Both the position numbers and the translations under genes were made by a program. From positions 32,001 to 96,000 of IMG/VR virus record IMGVR_UViG_3300038673_000510: a DNA stretch of 64,000 bases. One strand, given 5' to 3'. This document shows positions 20,729-31,161 of this stretch, one piece after another; position 1 is the stretch's first letter; every line of letters begins with the position of its first letter. A model generated the notes under the pieces. The model ran no database searches. It saw only the letters and a program-made list of their open reading frames with translations, and had not been told where the DNA came from. The stretch comes from a virus (taxonomy: Duplodnaviria > Caudoviricetes).

Positions 20729-21238
20729 ATGAAAAATACAACATATCTTGATAAGTTAAAAGCTAAGGGTCCACAATTTATATTTGTGGCAAAACCAGCT
20801 ACAATACTTTCAACTAAATATCCAACAGTATATATTGATGGTAGTTATGATACTACTAAGAAAATTTCTGGGTGGGGATTTGTGGTTGTTGAAAATGGAA
20901 AACAAATTCATGAAGAATGCGGACATGTTGATGATAGTCCCTTTGGTTCAAGAAATATTACCGGTGAAATCATGAGTTCAGTATTCGCCTTAAAATGGGC
21001 AGATAAAAACAATATTCCGATGGTTGTTATATATCATGATTATATAGGACTTGGACAGTGGGCAGCTGGACATTGGAAAACAAAAGCGCCAATCTCAATA
21101 AAATATAAAGAGTTGCTTGGCAAAATAAAATGTAAAGCAGAATTCAGACACGTAAAAGGTCATACTGGAAATGTATGGAATGAAGCGGTTGATAAACTTG
21201 CTGAACAAGGAAAGTTTAGAAAACTATGGAAAATATAA
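20729..21238 (+). CDS. ribonuclease HI-like protein
   Basis: YIDGSY, RNITGEI, IYHDYIG, HVKGHTG..WNEAVDKLA. Confidence 0.9.
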   Translation: MKNTTYLDKLKAKGPQFIFVAKPATILSTKYPTVYIDGSYDTTKKISGWGFVVVENGKQIHEECGHVDDSPFGSRNITGEIMSSVFALKWADKNNIPMVVIYHDYIGLGQWAAGHWKTKAPISIKYKELLGKIKCKAEFRHVKGHTGNVWNEAVDKLAEQGKFRKLWKI

Positions 21239-21372
21239 AAAACTTTCTTAATTTATTTAAGAAAAAACAATGCAATCATGTTTTTATGAAACGATATGCG
21301 TATTTACACACTCCTTATAAAATACGTTTTGAAGAATGTATTAAGTGCGGAAGATTATAAAGGATAATAACA

Positions 21373-21960
21373 ATGGAAAATAAAAATTTTTTTGAAGAAT
21401 ATCACAAAATTAATTCAGTTTATAAAAGAGATCCAAAAACTAAAAAAATAATCATCGGAGATTATTCAACTCCGGAAATCGAATTCCTTAAAAACAATCA
21501 GTGGACTGCTGATGAAAAAATCGATGGAACAAATATTCGTATCGGATGGGATTGTGAAAAAGTTATTATCGGTGGAAGGACTAAGGATGCTCAGCTGAGT
21601 ATGGAATTAATACAGTCACTTCAGAAGATATTTACAGTTGAAAAATTCAAAAGTATTTATCCTGAAACTCCAATGACACTTTATGGACAAGCATTTGGTA
21701 TTCAAGGAAAAACTTTTGGTATTCCTACTGTAGATGCTTCTGTAAAAAGATCTATACCATTATATAAAATTGAATATTATGTTGAAAGGTTTATTGATTA
21801 TGCCAAAGAACATCCTGAACTGACTTTCCTTGTTACTGAAATAGGTTGTGGGCTTGCAGGGTTTAAAGTAAAAGACATTGCTCCTTTATTTGTCAAAGCA
21901 ATTGATGTAGAGAACATTCATTTGCCATCTAAATTCTGGCACAAGCTGGAGAACATATGA
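21373..21960 (+). pseudogene. in-frame chimera of an RNA ligase N-half and the C-half of an A1S_2505-like (macro-like) phage protein
   Basis: EKIDGTN and GGRT ligase motifs stop at TLYG; then QAFGIQGKTFGIPT...AKEHPELTFLVTEIGCGLAG. Confidence 0.65.
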
Positions 21961-22209
21961 GCTGCAAAAGAGCAGAAGATTATGAGAAGATAAGAAAATC
22001 ATTGATAATGACAAATGAAAAATACCACCAGAAGTTTGATATATAAGGAAATAATTATATGAATAATGAACAAATGTTTTGGATTCTATATGGTATGTTA
22101 GCTGGTATCTTTCTGCAATTAGTATTTATAAATAATAAACTCAGAGATATTAGAGATAACTCTCATAAAAAATAATTAAACGTGGCATAGATTGTGACAG
22201 AGGAGTAAA

Positions 22210-22932
22210 ATGAAACATCCCATAATAATTGAAAAATATAATGGAACAATGGAAGAATTAGTTAATGATTTATCACAACTGAATTACACCTCTCTTAAAT
22301 ATATTTTTGATATGCTTGCTGTGAAAATAGCAAAAGATGCACAAGAAGACTTTTCAAAAGGAAGAGTTCAACTCAGTAAGGGACTTATGGATTTAGCTGA
22401 AAAATTATCAGACTGTGCTATACTAATTAACCCCATATGGAAAATATGTAAAAATCATATGGACTTGGGGAAAAAATAATTGTTGACGAAAATGAAAAGG
22501 TATAATTATGAAATTGTCAGAAGTATTAGAAAGTTTAAGATTGAAATTCACAAGTGGTAATGCTGTTCCAGTAGAACGTGCATTTATTCTTAAAGAAGAG
22601 TATGAAGTTATTCTTAATGTAATAAATACATATCAAACGGCACTGGAAGATATTCGCAATTTTGCAGATTATTATCCAGGTTGTGGTGAATATTCTTGTG
22701 GACAAAAAGCAATAGAAGCTTTGGAGAAAATAAAATGAAAAACCAAATAACTGAAATCGTTCTTATTAAAGATATGAGCGCCGGCAATGAAACAGTAGGC
22801 GAATCATGGCAAGAAACAAAAATTTTTAGTGTTGATGAACCTATTACAAATCTTTTAAAATGGGCTTTTCCGGATTGCGATTATGAAAGAAAATCAAGAA
22901 AAAGAGTAACTATTACTATTCCTGAGCAATAA
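22210..22932 (+). other. three small hypothetical ORFs (starts about 22210, 22508, 22735)
   Basis: ORF track, SD motifs. Confidence 0.5.
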
Positions 22933-22951
22933 GAAAAAAATCACATAAGGG

Positions 22952-22980
22952 TTGACAATAATGCAAATATAAGATATAAT
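22952..22980 (+). promoter_or_regulatory. sigma70-type early promoter
   Basis: cataaggg-TTGACA-17-TATAAT. Confidence 0.85.
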
Positions 22981-23004
22981 TAATATATAACGAGGTTAAT
23001 AAAA

Positions 23005-23862
23005 ATGAATAAAAATCTAATTAGTTTCTCAATGACAATTCTTGTCATTCTCTCAATGATCGGTTGTCAAGTTGACACCGATAAATCTGGTAAACGTAAT
23101 GTTATTGTTAATAAGGCTTTTGGTTCGACAGCTGCTCCCACAAAGTCTTCACGAACAGCTGCTTCCACAAAGTCTGCACGAACAGTGTCTATTTTCAATG
23201 CTGAACGGGGCAACGACACTTTTGAGATTGTACGTGATATTAATAAAGCGAATAATATTACAAAAATGACCACCACCTCTTCAAATCATTCAATATATAC
23301 TTTTGAATATGATGAGAATAATCGTATGGTATGTATGAAAAATTATGATAACATTGACGGTGACAGCGAGGGTGATACACTAAATGCTACATTAAAATTT
23401 TCATATTCACCAAATACTATGACAGTTGATTATATTGTTGGTACCAATCCCGATGCAATCCCTACAAGCAGCATTGTTTATACTTATGATGTTAATGATA
23501 GTACAAAAGTTATAAGTAAAGAGGTTGATGGTACAAATTATACTTATGTATATTCAGAAGATGGGACACTTGATAAAATTATAGACACTAATGGTTTAAC
23601 ATATCTTGATTATACTTATGATGGTTCTGAAGTTTCTTGTTTTTCATCATCATCTGGCATAAATTTTAAAAATAGATATAATGCAGATGGTAATATTGAA
23701 TATGCATATTGCAACGCTGGTCCATCAACAGTATATTATACTTATGAAGTAACCGAAGTAGAAACGCTTCCCGAAAATTTTCTACCTTTTAATAATTATC
23801 TTGTGCTTATTGATGTTACTTATGGCTCGTTTGATGGCTTTAATGGATTTGAATACAAATAG
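23005..23862 (+). CDS. predicted lipoprotein with YD-like beta repeats
   Basis: Signal peptide ending LSMIG-C; FEYDENN, YTYD, YTYDGS repeats. Confidence 0.7.
   Translation: MNKNLISFSMTILVILSMIGCQVDTDKSGKRNVIVNKAFGSTAAPTKSSRTAASTKSARTVSIFNAERGNDTFEIVRDINKANNITKMTTTSSNHSIYTFEYDENNRMVCMKNYDNIDGDSEGDTLNATLKFSYSPNTMTVDYIVGTNPDAIPTSSIVYTYDVNDSTKVISKEVDGTNYTYVYSEDGTLDKIIDTNGLTYLDYTYDGSEVSCFSSSSGINFKNRYNADGNIEYAYCNAGPSTVYYTYEVTEVETLPENFLPFNNYLVLIDVTYGSFDGFNGFEYK
23128..23181 (+). repeat. 27-bp tandem duplication inside the lipoprotein gene
   Basis: acagctgctcccacaaagtcttcacga / acagctgcttccacaaagtctgcacga. Confidence 0.85.
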
Positions 23863-23885
23863 TTAAATTTAAAAAAGAAATATAT

Positions 23886-23916
23886 AAGAACTCCAGCTTT
23901 TGCTGGAGTTCTTTTT
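23886..23916 (+). terminator. intrinsic terminator
   Basis: aagaactccagc-tttt-gctggagttctt followed by T run. Confidence 0.85.
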
Positions 23917-24034
23917 ATATTACAATGGAGAATAAAATGATAAGACAAGCAACTTGCGAAATAATAGTTTTGAGGACATTAAACAAATTTTTTAATTGGT
24001 TTGGTAATATCAAATTATTTGAGAGGAAAAAATA

Positions 24035-24649
24035 ATGGCAACTGGATATACGTATATGATTATTAAAGACAAAAAAGAGCCAACATTTCAGGAGTTTGCA
24101 TTTAAATGTATGCAAGCTTTTTCATGGGTATTCAGAGATAATAATCTAACAATAGAAGAAGTAATAGCAAAAGAGGGTAATTTGGAAAAAATGACAGATG
24201 ATAATTATTATTCAAATGAACTTAAGGCAACACAAAAGGAACTGAAAAAACTTTTAAAAATGACCGATAAGCAGTTTGCTAATCTTGTCGATAAAGAATA
24301 TAAGCAAAAAATTAAAGTTTATAATGAAAAGATGGCTGAACAAACAGAAAACATTAGACGGCTTAATGTTAAAATTAAAGAAGTGGAAGCTTGGAATCCT
24401 CCAACAGAAAATCATGTTGCAATTAAGGAATTTATGCTTGAGCAATTAAAAATGACTATAGATAGTGAAACTTATGATATTAATAAACCAATAGCTATAT
24501 CTGTTGATGAATATAAAAAAACAGAAATTGACAAATGTACCGCTGAAATAAAATATTATCAAGAAAAAATTGAAGCAGAACATGATAGAATAAATCATAA
24601 TAATTTGTGGACAAGAACATTTTTACAGAGCATTGGTCTCTTAAAATAA
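24035..24649 (+). CDS. conserved phage hypothetical coiled-coil protein
   Basis: MATGYT...TFQEFAFKC..AF...WNPPTENH..IKEFMLEQL. Confidence 0.65.
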   Translation: MATGYTYMIIKDKKEPTFQEFAFKCMQAFSWVFRDNNLTIEEVIAKEGNLEKMTDDNYYSNELKATQKELKKLLKMTDKQFANLVDKEYKQKIKVYNEKMAEQTENIRRLNVKIKEVEAWNPPTENHVAIKEFMLEQLKMTIDSETYDINKPIAISVDEYKKTEIDKCTAEIKYYQEKIEAEHDRINHNNLWTRTFLQSIGLLK

Positions 24650-24699
24650 AATTACTGGAGTATAATTAAGAAAAGACTAAAAACATACGGAGTAAATTA

Positions 24700-25647
24700 A
24701 TGACTGGAAAAACTATAAAAAGTTTAACTGTTGAAGAAATTGAGAACGCAGAAGAAAAAGAACATATTGCCAGTGAGAGTGTTCGCAAAGTAAATGTTGT
24801 TAAAGAAGAAACTGTTGCTGCTAAAAAATATGATTGTAAAATGAAAGAGGAAGTTGTATCTATTTTTGAGCCACAACCAGTACCTTTTATGCTTCCGACA
24901 AAAACAAAGGTTTATCATGGACCTGGTATTTCTAAGGATGGTAATATTTATATTCGTAGATTTACCACAAAAGAAGAGAATTCTATTCAAACATCATTAT
25001 CAAAGAATCAAAAAGACAATGATCTTTCTATTAATGGTTTTCTAAAAATACTGAATACTGCAATTGATAATTGTATTAAGTCTGATGTAAGTATTTATGA
25101 AATTCCTATTATTGATAAGGTTCCATTATTAATAAAACTTATTTCTTTATCTTATGGCAACAAACTTAAAATTGCTATTCCATGTGATGGCTGTGGGAAA
25201 GAACATGTTGTAGAGATTAATCTTGATAAAGATTTTGTTGTTAATTATGTAACCGATGAATTTGAAGTACCAAAAACTATTGCGTTAACTGGATTTTCTT
25301 TTCCAGTATCTGTTGATGTATCAATTCCTACTATAGAATTTGAAGATGCATTTGGAGGGGAAAAAGCTGAGTTGCTGAGACAATTTGAAGCGTTAATTGT
25401 GGATGCACATGGACAAAAGCCAGATGGTTCAGAAATTACTATAGAAGATATTCCATTGATTGTAGAAAATATCGAAAAAGAAGACAAAGATAAAATCAAA
25501 GACTATATTAGTAGTTTTGAAGACATAGGAACAAATCTGCAATTAAAGCCTATGGTATTGTGTAAAGAAAAAACATGTTCATTAAAGAACAAAAAAGTAC
25601 AGCCTTTTATAGAATTAAAATTCTTATTAAATCAATTATTAGTGTAA
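24700..25647 (+). CDS. T4 gp26-like baseplate hub protein
   Basis: LPTKTKVY, IRRFTTKEE, LSYG..L...CDGC. Confidence 0.65.
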   Translation: MTGKTIKSLTVEEIENAEEKEHIASESVRKVNVVKEETVAAKKYDCKMKEEVVSIFEPQPVPFMLPTKTKVYHGPGISKDGNIYIRRFTTKEENSIQTSLSKNQKDNDLSINGFLKILNTAIDNCIKSDVSIYEIPIIDKVPLLIKLISLSYGNKLKIAIPCDGCGKEHVVEINLDKDFVVNYVTDEFEVPKTIALTGFSFPVSVDVSIPTIEFEDAFGGEKAELLRQFEALIVDAHGQKPDGSEITIEDIPLIVENIEKEDKDKIKDYISSFEDIGTNLQLKPMVLCKEKTCSLKNKKVQPFIELKFLLNQLLV

Positions 25648-25648
25648 T

Positions 25649-26566
25649 ATGCAATATATTCCAAAGACATTATATCTTCCATCTGGCGGATTATTATATC
25701 CGCCAGTGGCTTATATACATAAACTTGATGCTTCGTATTATCTCGCCGAATTAGATGCAAATATTTATGATACAAATTTTGATAAAATTCAAAGTATCAT
25801 AAAACGTTTTTGCTTACTTCCAATCGACATAAACAATATGTTATTAAGTGATATATACTATATTTATAGTTATATATTAACTACTGATATAGTGGAAGAT
25901 ATTTATTTATTGAAAACAGCATATTGTTCTTCATGTGATACATTTAATAAAGTTTCTGTATCTGCGGCTAATTTCAATATACAAGTTTATAATCCTTATG
26001 ATCCAATATGTTTTAATAATGAATATGTTACACTACATAATACTAAAATAAAAATACGTCATAGAATAGTACAAGATAATTTGCAATATGTGGCATTAAT
26101 ATCATTAGAAGAGAACGAATATGATGAATTACACATTATAAAAATGATGGTATATTTTGTTATGACGCAAATTGAAGAAATTATATATAACAATAAGTTA
26201 GTTCATAAAAAACACTGGAAAGAAGTTTTGGAGAATTTGGTTACCAGAGATTTATTTCAATTATTTAATCAGACGCTTGAGTTTAATAAAACAATTGGTA
26301 TTTATGATAAATTTAAGTTTGTTTGTAAGAATTGTGGGGCTAAAAATTACTTTTGGTTTTTTGATGATATAATTGATAATAAAGTTATTACTCAAAGAAC
26401 AATTAATAGAGAACAATTACTTATAATAATAAAAAGTTTTATTAGTGAAAGTAGACTTCCTTGTTTTACATTAAGCGATGTAATGAATAGACCATTACAT
26501 TATCAAGAAATTTACAAGGAGGCCATTGATAGTTTGGATTTTAAAATCGGACAGGTAATGGTTTGA
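25649..26566 (+). CDS. second baseplate hub-like protein
   Basis: LPSGGLLY, CSSC and CKNCG motifs. Confidence 0.55.
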   Translation: MQYIPKTLYLPSGGLLYPPVAYIHKLDASYYLAELDANIYDTNFDKIQSIIKRFCLLPIDINNMLLSDIYYIYSYILTTDIVEDIYLLKTAYCSSCDTFNKVSVSAANFNIQVYNPYDPICFNNEYVTLHNTKIKIRHRIVQDNLQYVALISLEENEYDELHIIKMMVYFVMTQIEEIIYNNKLVHKKHWKEVLENLVTRDLFQLFNQTLEFNKTIGIYDKFKFVCKNCGAKNYFWFFDDIIDNKVITQRTINREQLLIIIKSFISESRLPCFTLSDVMNRPLHYQEIYKEAIDSLDFKIGQVMV

Positions 26567-27051
26567 AAATAACAATAACAGCTACAAGAATTAAAAAACA
26601 ACAAAACATACAAGAAATATTTACATGGAATCCTATTACAAGATTTGCAATTGATAATACCAGAGGATTACCAGTAAAGTTAAGAATACAAATAGCAAAA
26701 ATGTCATTACACAATAAAATAACAGATATAAAATTGATTGATATAAATTATTTTGATAATAGTATTATGTATTTATATAATATAATAGATACAGATTTTT
26801 TTAATATACCAATTATCGAAACATGTATGATTGATTATAATCCTACATTAAGAAATAAAGACTGTAAAAATTGCCAGCATCTTAAATTTTGGAACAACCA
26901 GTTTGTCTGTTATTTACGAATGTTTCCTACGGATAAATTAGAAGGTTGTTTAGACTGGTTTGAAACAGAAACAAATAACTTGATAGAGATAAGGAAAAGA
27001 CATGTATATAACCGCAAAACAGCAAGACGAAATGGTATGTTTAATAAATGA
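26563..27051 (+). CDS. Cys-containing hypothetical protein
   Basis: CKNCQH...C...C. Confidence 0.5.
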   Translation: MKITITATRIKKQQNIQEIFTWNPITRFAIDNTRGLPVKLRIQIAKMSLHNKITDIKLIDINYFDNSIMYLYNIIDTDFFNIPIIETCMIDYNPTLRNKDCKNCQHLKFWNNQFVCYLRMFPTDKLEGCLDWFETETNNLIEIRKRHVYNRKTARRNGMFNK

Positions 27052-27691
27052 ATTTAATTTAGAAACAAACTATGGACAAAACATCACTCGTAAAAGTAAT
27101 GCCATAATGAACAATCTATATACAAATTATATGGATAAAATCATTACTGGCATTATATTCACTCCGCAATATAGCTTTTGGCGTTATGCTGAGGCATCTG
27201 ATTTGATTCAAGAAGCACGAACAGCAATATATTTATCTATATTAAAACAACAATACAATAATGCAAAAGGAACACCATTTAATTTCTTTTCAACAGTAGT
27301 AAGTAACACATTAAAAAATTTTACAACTAAAGGCAACAGATATTATGAAAAAAAATCCAATGCTGATATTTCTAAGTTGTATAATAATCCTTCCTTAATG
27401 TACAATCAAAACCTCGACAAAAACATTCTCTTCGATAATATAATAGAAATGTTAATAGTGTATTTCGAAGATAAACCCAAATTTCAGGATTTAACAATTT
27501 TATTAGCTCAACATGTACATGTGAATAATTGTAGTAATAGTAAATTCATTAAAAAGCATTTTATTCAATATGTTAAGGCGCATAATTATTCGCCCGCAAT
27601 TGCTAATACATTTTTTAATTATTTAAAACGTTTCGCAACAAATCGTCAAATAAAAGAATTGCTTTATTTGATAGACCATGAGTATATATAG
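27002..27691 (+). CDS. phage sigma factor (gp55-like late sigma candidate)
   Basis: DLIQEA...YNNAKGTPFNFFSTVVSN (sigma region 2-like). Confidence 0.7.
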   Translation: MYITAKQQDEMVCLINEFNLETNYGQNITRKSNAIMNNLYTNYMDKIITGIIFTPQYSFWRYAEASDLIQEARTAIYLSILKQQYNNAKGTPFNFFSTVVSNTLKNFTTKGNRYYEKKSNADISKLYNNPSLMYNQNLDKNILFDNIIEMLIVYFEDKPKFQDLTILLAQHVHVNNCSNSKFIKKHFIQYVKAHNYSPAIANTFFNYLKRFATNRQIKELLYLIDHEYI

Positions 27692-27697
27692 GATATT

Positions 27698-28066
27698 ATG
27701 GAAAATTTAGAAGAACTTACAAAACTATTACGTGAATCAATAAATATGTGCAGAGAAGACAGAAAAGCCGCTAAAGCTAATTATGAAGCTTTACGTAAAC
27801 AGCTTGATGATATTCTTGAACGTGGAATGGAGAGTTCCGAGGATGGACGTGTAGAACAAGAAGTAAATAAATCACTTAAACTTGTTTTTGAAGCTGCACA
27901 AAGAGCTGATAAAGTAATTGATAGCATCACCAAAATTCTTGTTGTTCAGTTGAATAACGAAAGTAGAGAACGTGTTGCTAATAGTCTTATAGGCGGGAAT
28001 TTCCCGGGTAGTAAACAAATTGTTACTGGACCAGTTGATATTAAAATGCTTATTGATGAAGATTGA
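27698..28066 (+). CDS. helical hypothetical protein (possible small terminase)
   Basis: Convergent with and adjacent to TerL; size and helical character only. Confidence 0.3.
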   Translation: MENLEELTKLLRESINMCREDRKAAKANYEALRKQLDDILERGMESSEDGRVEQEVNKSLKLVFEAAQRADKVIDSITKILVVQLNNESRERVANSLIGGNFPGSKQIVTGPVDIKMLIDED

Positions 28067-28077
28067 GGATAGAGGGA

Positions 28078-31056
28078 TTAATCATCCCTCCACGATCCTA
28101 TTATACTGTTTATATCAAGTCCTTCCATTGTACATCCCATTGCATCTCCAAGTTCAATCAATTCTTTAGTTTCGTCATCAATTTCAAAGTCATTAGCTTC
28201 CCAATATTTAATTGTCTTACTTTTTGTTTGTTGTTCTTCAAGATCATTCATAGATTGAACAACATCACCAAAAAGTAAATGAGAAGTTACCATTTTATCT
28301 GTTGCCGCCCAACCAATATTATTAAGAAAGCAATATTGAACTAATGTCATTACTAAGTCATCATGACCAGCAAGCGCTTCAAGTTTACCAGATTTTGAAT
28401 AGCCAAATCCACGAAGTTCATTTATCATACGAACGCTTCTTATTTTAACTTCTTCTTTAACAATCATAGTTTGCATAATAGCAATTCCATTCGCTCTATT
28501 TGTTGTACTCATAGGGAAACCGGGCGTTAATTCTTTTTTAGATTTCCTGTGCCAATATAAACCTTGATACATAGTTGTTGATGCAAAATATTCAGTTACT
28601 GGACCACCAAGACCAGTACTTTCTATAGATAACTTTGCCGTATTATAATAATTACAAATCAATTCTATGATTTGTTTAAATTTTTCTGTATCAACTTTCC
28701 CCCAATACTCGGCCACTTGTGTGCTTGTTTCTGGGTCAAATACAACTGCAGTACTAAAGTCATTTGCACGTCCAGTAGCAACGTCACAATTATGTGTCGG
28801 TATATAATTACAACAATATGTATGATCTTCTGTTTCAAAGTTATAAACTGTTCCAGTATATTGTTGTTTTGTAACTTCGCTAATTTTTAAATATATAAAT
28901 TTATTATCATCAGACAAATGACAGCATCCAATAGATTTACGAATTTTAGGATTAGGTTTAATAGTAATATCTATGTTTAATAAATTCATAAATTTAATAT
29001 TTTCATGAGTTTCTATATTTAGACAATATGTTTCCTTCTGATTTACTATTCTATCTCTGATTGTAACTTGTGAATCCGCCTTACGTAATAATTTTAAATT
29101 AGAGACAACTCCTAATGAAAATAAAATATCTTGTATATCTTGTAATAATTTTAAACTAATTGAAACAAAAGATGAACGAAAATACTTCTTTTTCGCATCT
29201 TTATCATAGTTATTCATTATTGACCCATCACCCAACAAATAACCCTTTACTAATTGAACTTTGTATTTATTAGGAAGAAACTTTACCCACTCTGGAATTT
29301 GTTTGTTGCCAGCCCCCTTACCAAACGTTGAAATTAAAAAATCTGTAAATTGTCTTGACGACCAATGAATTTGCATAGTATTTGTTTCGGCATTTTTAGT
29401 TGAATAAACCTTTCTATTATATTTGTTTAACAAGTTATATATTTTGTCTATTAAATATAATTCTGAAGTTAAATTATGTGATGTTGTAATTCGACAATTA
29501 TATTTTGCATGAAATGATGTATGTCCTTCCGCCAACCATAATCCAATATACCACCATATTTCTTCATCTAATATAATATTAGAATTTAAATTAAAATCTT
29601 TTCGTTTAGATTGATATTGTTCAAAATATTTTATCATATCTAATTCTGTTGTTTTTTCATTATTATATATGTTAGGATAACACAGCCAATCTCCTATATT
29701 AAGTTCTTGAATAGGGTAAAATTTAAAATCATGTTTCCATATTCTTGGATTATAATTTAATTTTCCGGGTCTAATTGTTTTACTTTTTGATGCAAAAACA
29801 GGATGTTCTTCTGTAAATGTTGTGGTGTTATATATATTTTCTACTCTCACAGTATAAATATTTTTATCTTTTACTTTATGATTTATTGTTTTTATTATTT
29901 TTGTTTCTTTTCCATCAATAGAATATAAAACGTCGTTTAATGTAATATCCTCAATTTTTTTTAATCCACTTGTTGTTAAAACTTTTTCACCTGTAGGTAA
30001 ACACACAACTACATATTGTTTCCCCGGCGCAGGTTCTTCCCATATCCAAAATCCCTTTATATAATTAAAGCGTTCATCAAAGTCATCTTTCATTTCCAGC
30101 ATTTTATCAAAATCCTTATAATATCCTTCTGCATCAACATCATCTGGATAAAGAAAATCACATCTAATTGGAGATACTGGTGTCATTTTTTCAAGAATAT
30201 AATTTGGTATAAGTGAGTTTTCCAAATCATAAACTTCTACACCTAAAATTTCTATTTTGTATATACGTTCGCCAAGAGTTTCCCTCATAGCTTTATGCCA
30301 TTCAGCATCTTGATATTGTTCAATATCTGATGTATCTACATCAATTAAGTGAAATTTACTTTCTTGTGGATTTTCTTGTACACCATGTAATAGAGTAAGA
30401 TAGTGATTATTAATTGGATTTTGTGGAAGAGTACTAATAATAAATAATTGTGATGGCATAGTTCTGTTTGTAAATGGCGTTCCTTGTCCTACAGCAAGAG
30501 TAGGAATTGCTGATGCCATTAAACCGCTCTGATTGTCCATCGCTGCAAACTCATCAAGTATTAAAAGTGAAATAGATCCACCTCGACCAGCGTCGCTTCC
30601 TCTTGGAATGGCGGTTACTTTACTGTTATTATGTTTAAAACTCATTGTTGTTTTTGCGAATTCATCTGTTTGTTGTTTGAGCCACAATGGAAGATGATCG
30701 TATATAAACTTTACACGACCAAGCAAATCGGTACTTTCTCTTTGGGTTAATGATACTATTACTACATTTTGTGCTTCAAAAAATAAAGCTCTATATAAAG
30801 CATAACATGCTGTTAACGTAGAGAATCCAGTCTGACGAGTTTTCTTTGATATTATTTGTTTTTTTGATATAAATTCTTTTGCGGCTTTTTTCTGCCATCG
30901 ATACATATTATCTGATAATGCAACTGCGCCTTTAGAGGGGTGAGATACTTTTACATAATTTTCACAAAAATATAAAAAGCCGGTTTTACCCTCGACATCA
31001 GTTAATTTTTTTAATTCGATTTTTATTTCGTCGATTGTTAATTGCGATTTGTTCAT
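28078..31056 (-). CDS. terL: terminase large subunit with intein
   Basis: YFCENYVKV.HP, KTRQTGFS (Walker A), LLILDEFA (Walker B), DVATGRANDFS, GHDDLVM. Confidence 0.95.
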   Translation of the reverse strand: MNKSQLTIDEIKIELKKLTDVEGKTGFLYFCENYVKVSHPSKGAVALSDNMYRWQKKAAKEFISKKQIISKKTRQTGFSTLTACYALYRALFFEAQNVVIVSLTQRESTDLLGRVKFIYDHLPLWLKQQTDEFAKTTMSFKHNNSKVTAIPRGSDAGRGGSISLLILDEFAAMDNQSGLMASAIPTLAVGQGTPFTNRTMPSQLFIISTLPQNPINNHYLTLLHGVQENPQESKFHLIDVDTSDIEQYQDAEWHKAMRETLGERIYKIEILGVEVYDLENSLIPNYILEKMTPVSPIRCDFLYPDDVDAEGYYKDFDKMLEMKDDFDERFNYIKGFWIWEEPAPGKQYVVVCLPTGEKVLTTSGLKKIEDITLNDVLYSIDGKETKIIKTINHKVKDKNIYTVRVENIYNTTTFTEEHPVFASKSKTIRPGKLNYNPRIWKHDFKFYPIQELNIGDWLCYPNIYNNEKTTELDMIKYFEQYQSKRKDFNLNSNIILDEEIWWYIGLWLAEGHTSFHAKYNCRITTSHNLTSELYLIDKIYNLLNKYNRKVYSTKNAETNTMQIHWSSRQFTDFLISTFGKGAGNKQIPEWVKFLPNKYKVQLVKGYLLGDGSIMNNYDKDAKKKYFRSSFVSISLKLLQDIQDILFSLGVVSNLKLLRKADSQVTIRDRIVNQKETYCLNIETHENIKFMNLLNIDITIKPNPKIRKSIGCCHLSDDNKFIYLKISEVTKQQYTGTVYNFETEDHTYCCNYIPTHNCDVATGRANDFSTAVVFDPETSTQVAEYWGKVDTEKFKQIIELICNYYNTAKLSIESTGLGGPVTEYFASTTMYQGLYWHRKSKKELTPGFPMSTTNRANGIAIMQTMIVKEEVKIRSVRMINELRGFGYSKSGKLEALAGHDDLVMTLVQYCFLNNIGWAATDKMVTSHLLFGDVVQSMNDLEEQQTKSKTIKYWEANDFEIDDETKELIELGDAMGCTMEGLDINSIIGSWRDD
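28789..30003 (-). mobile_element. intein (405 aa) with LAGLIDADG homing endonuclease in TerL
   Basis: YVVV|CLPTGEKV...TEEHP...IGLWLAEG...KGYLLGDG...VYNFETEDHTY..THN|CDVATG. Confidence 0.93.
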
Positions 31057-31161
31057 AATTCCTACCTTTATCTTATTATATTATGTTTATAAAGAAAAAA
31101 GATCGCGCTTTTTCGATCAATACGACAATATAATAAGTAAATACTATTTTGAGGAAAGCGC

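Noticed and set aside
22483-22506. TTGACG...TATAAT promoter
   Set aside because: Spacer is only 12 nt.
23005-23862. Host assignment (e.g. spirochaete) from lipoprotein style
   Set aside because: Impression only; cannot be supported without homolog searches.
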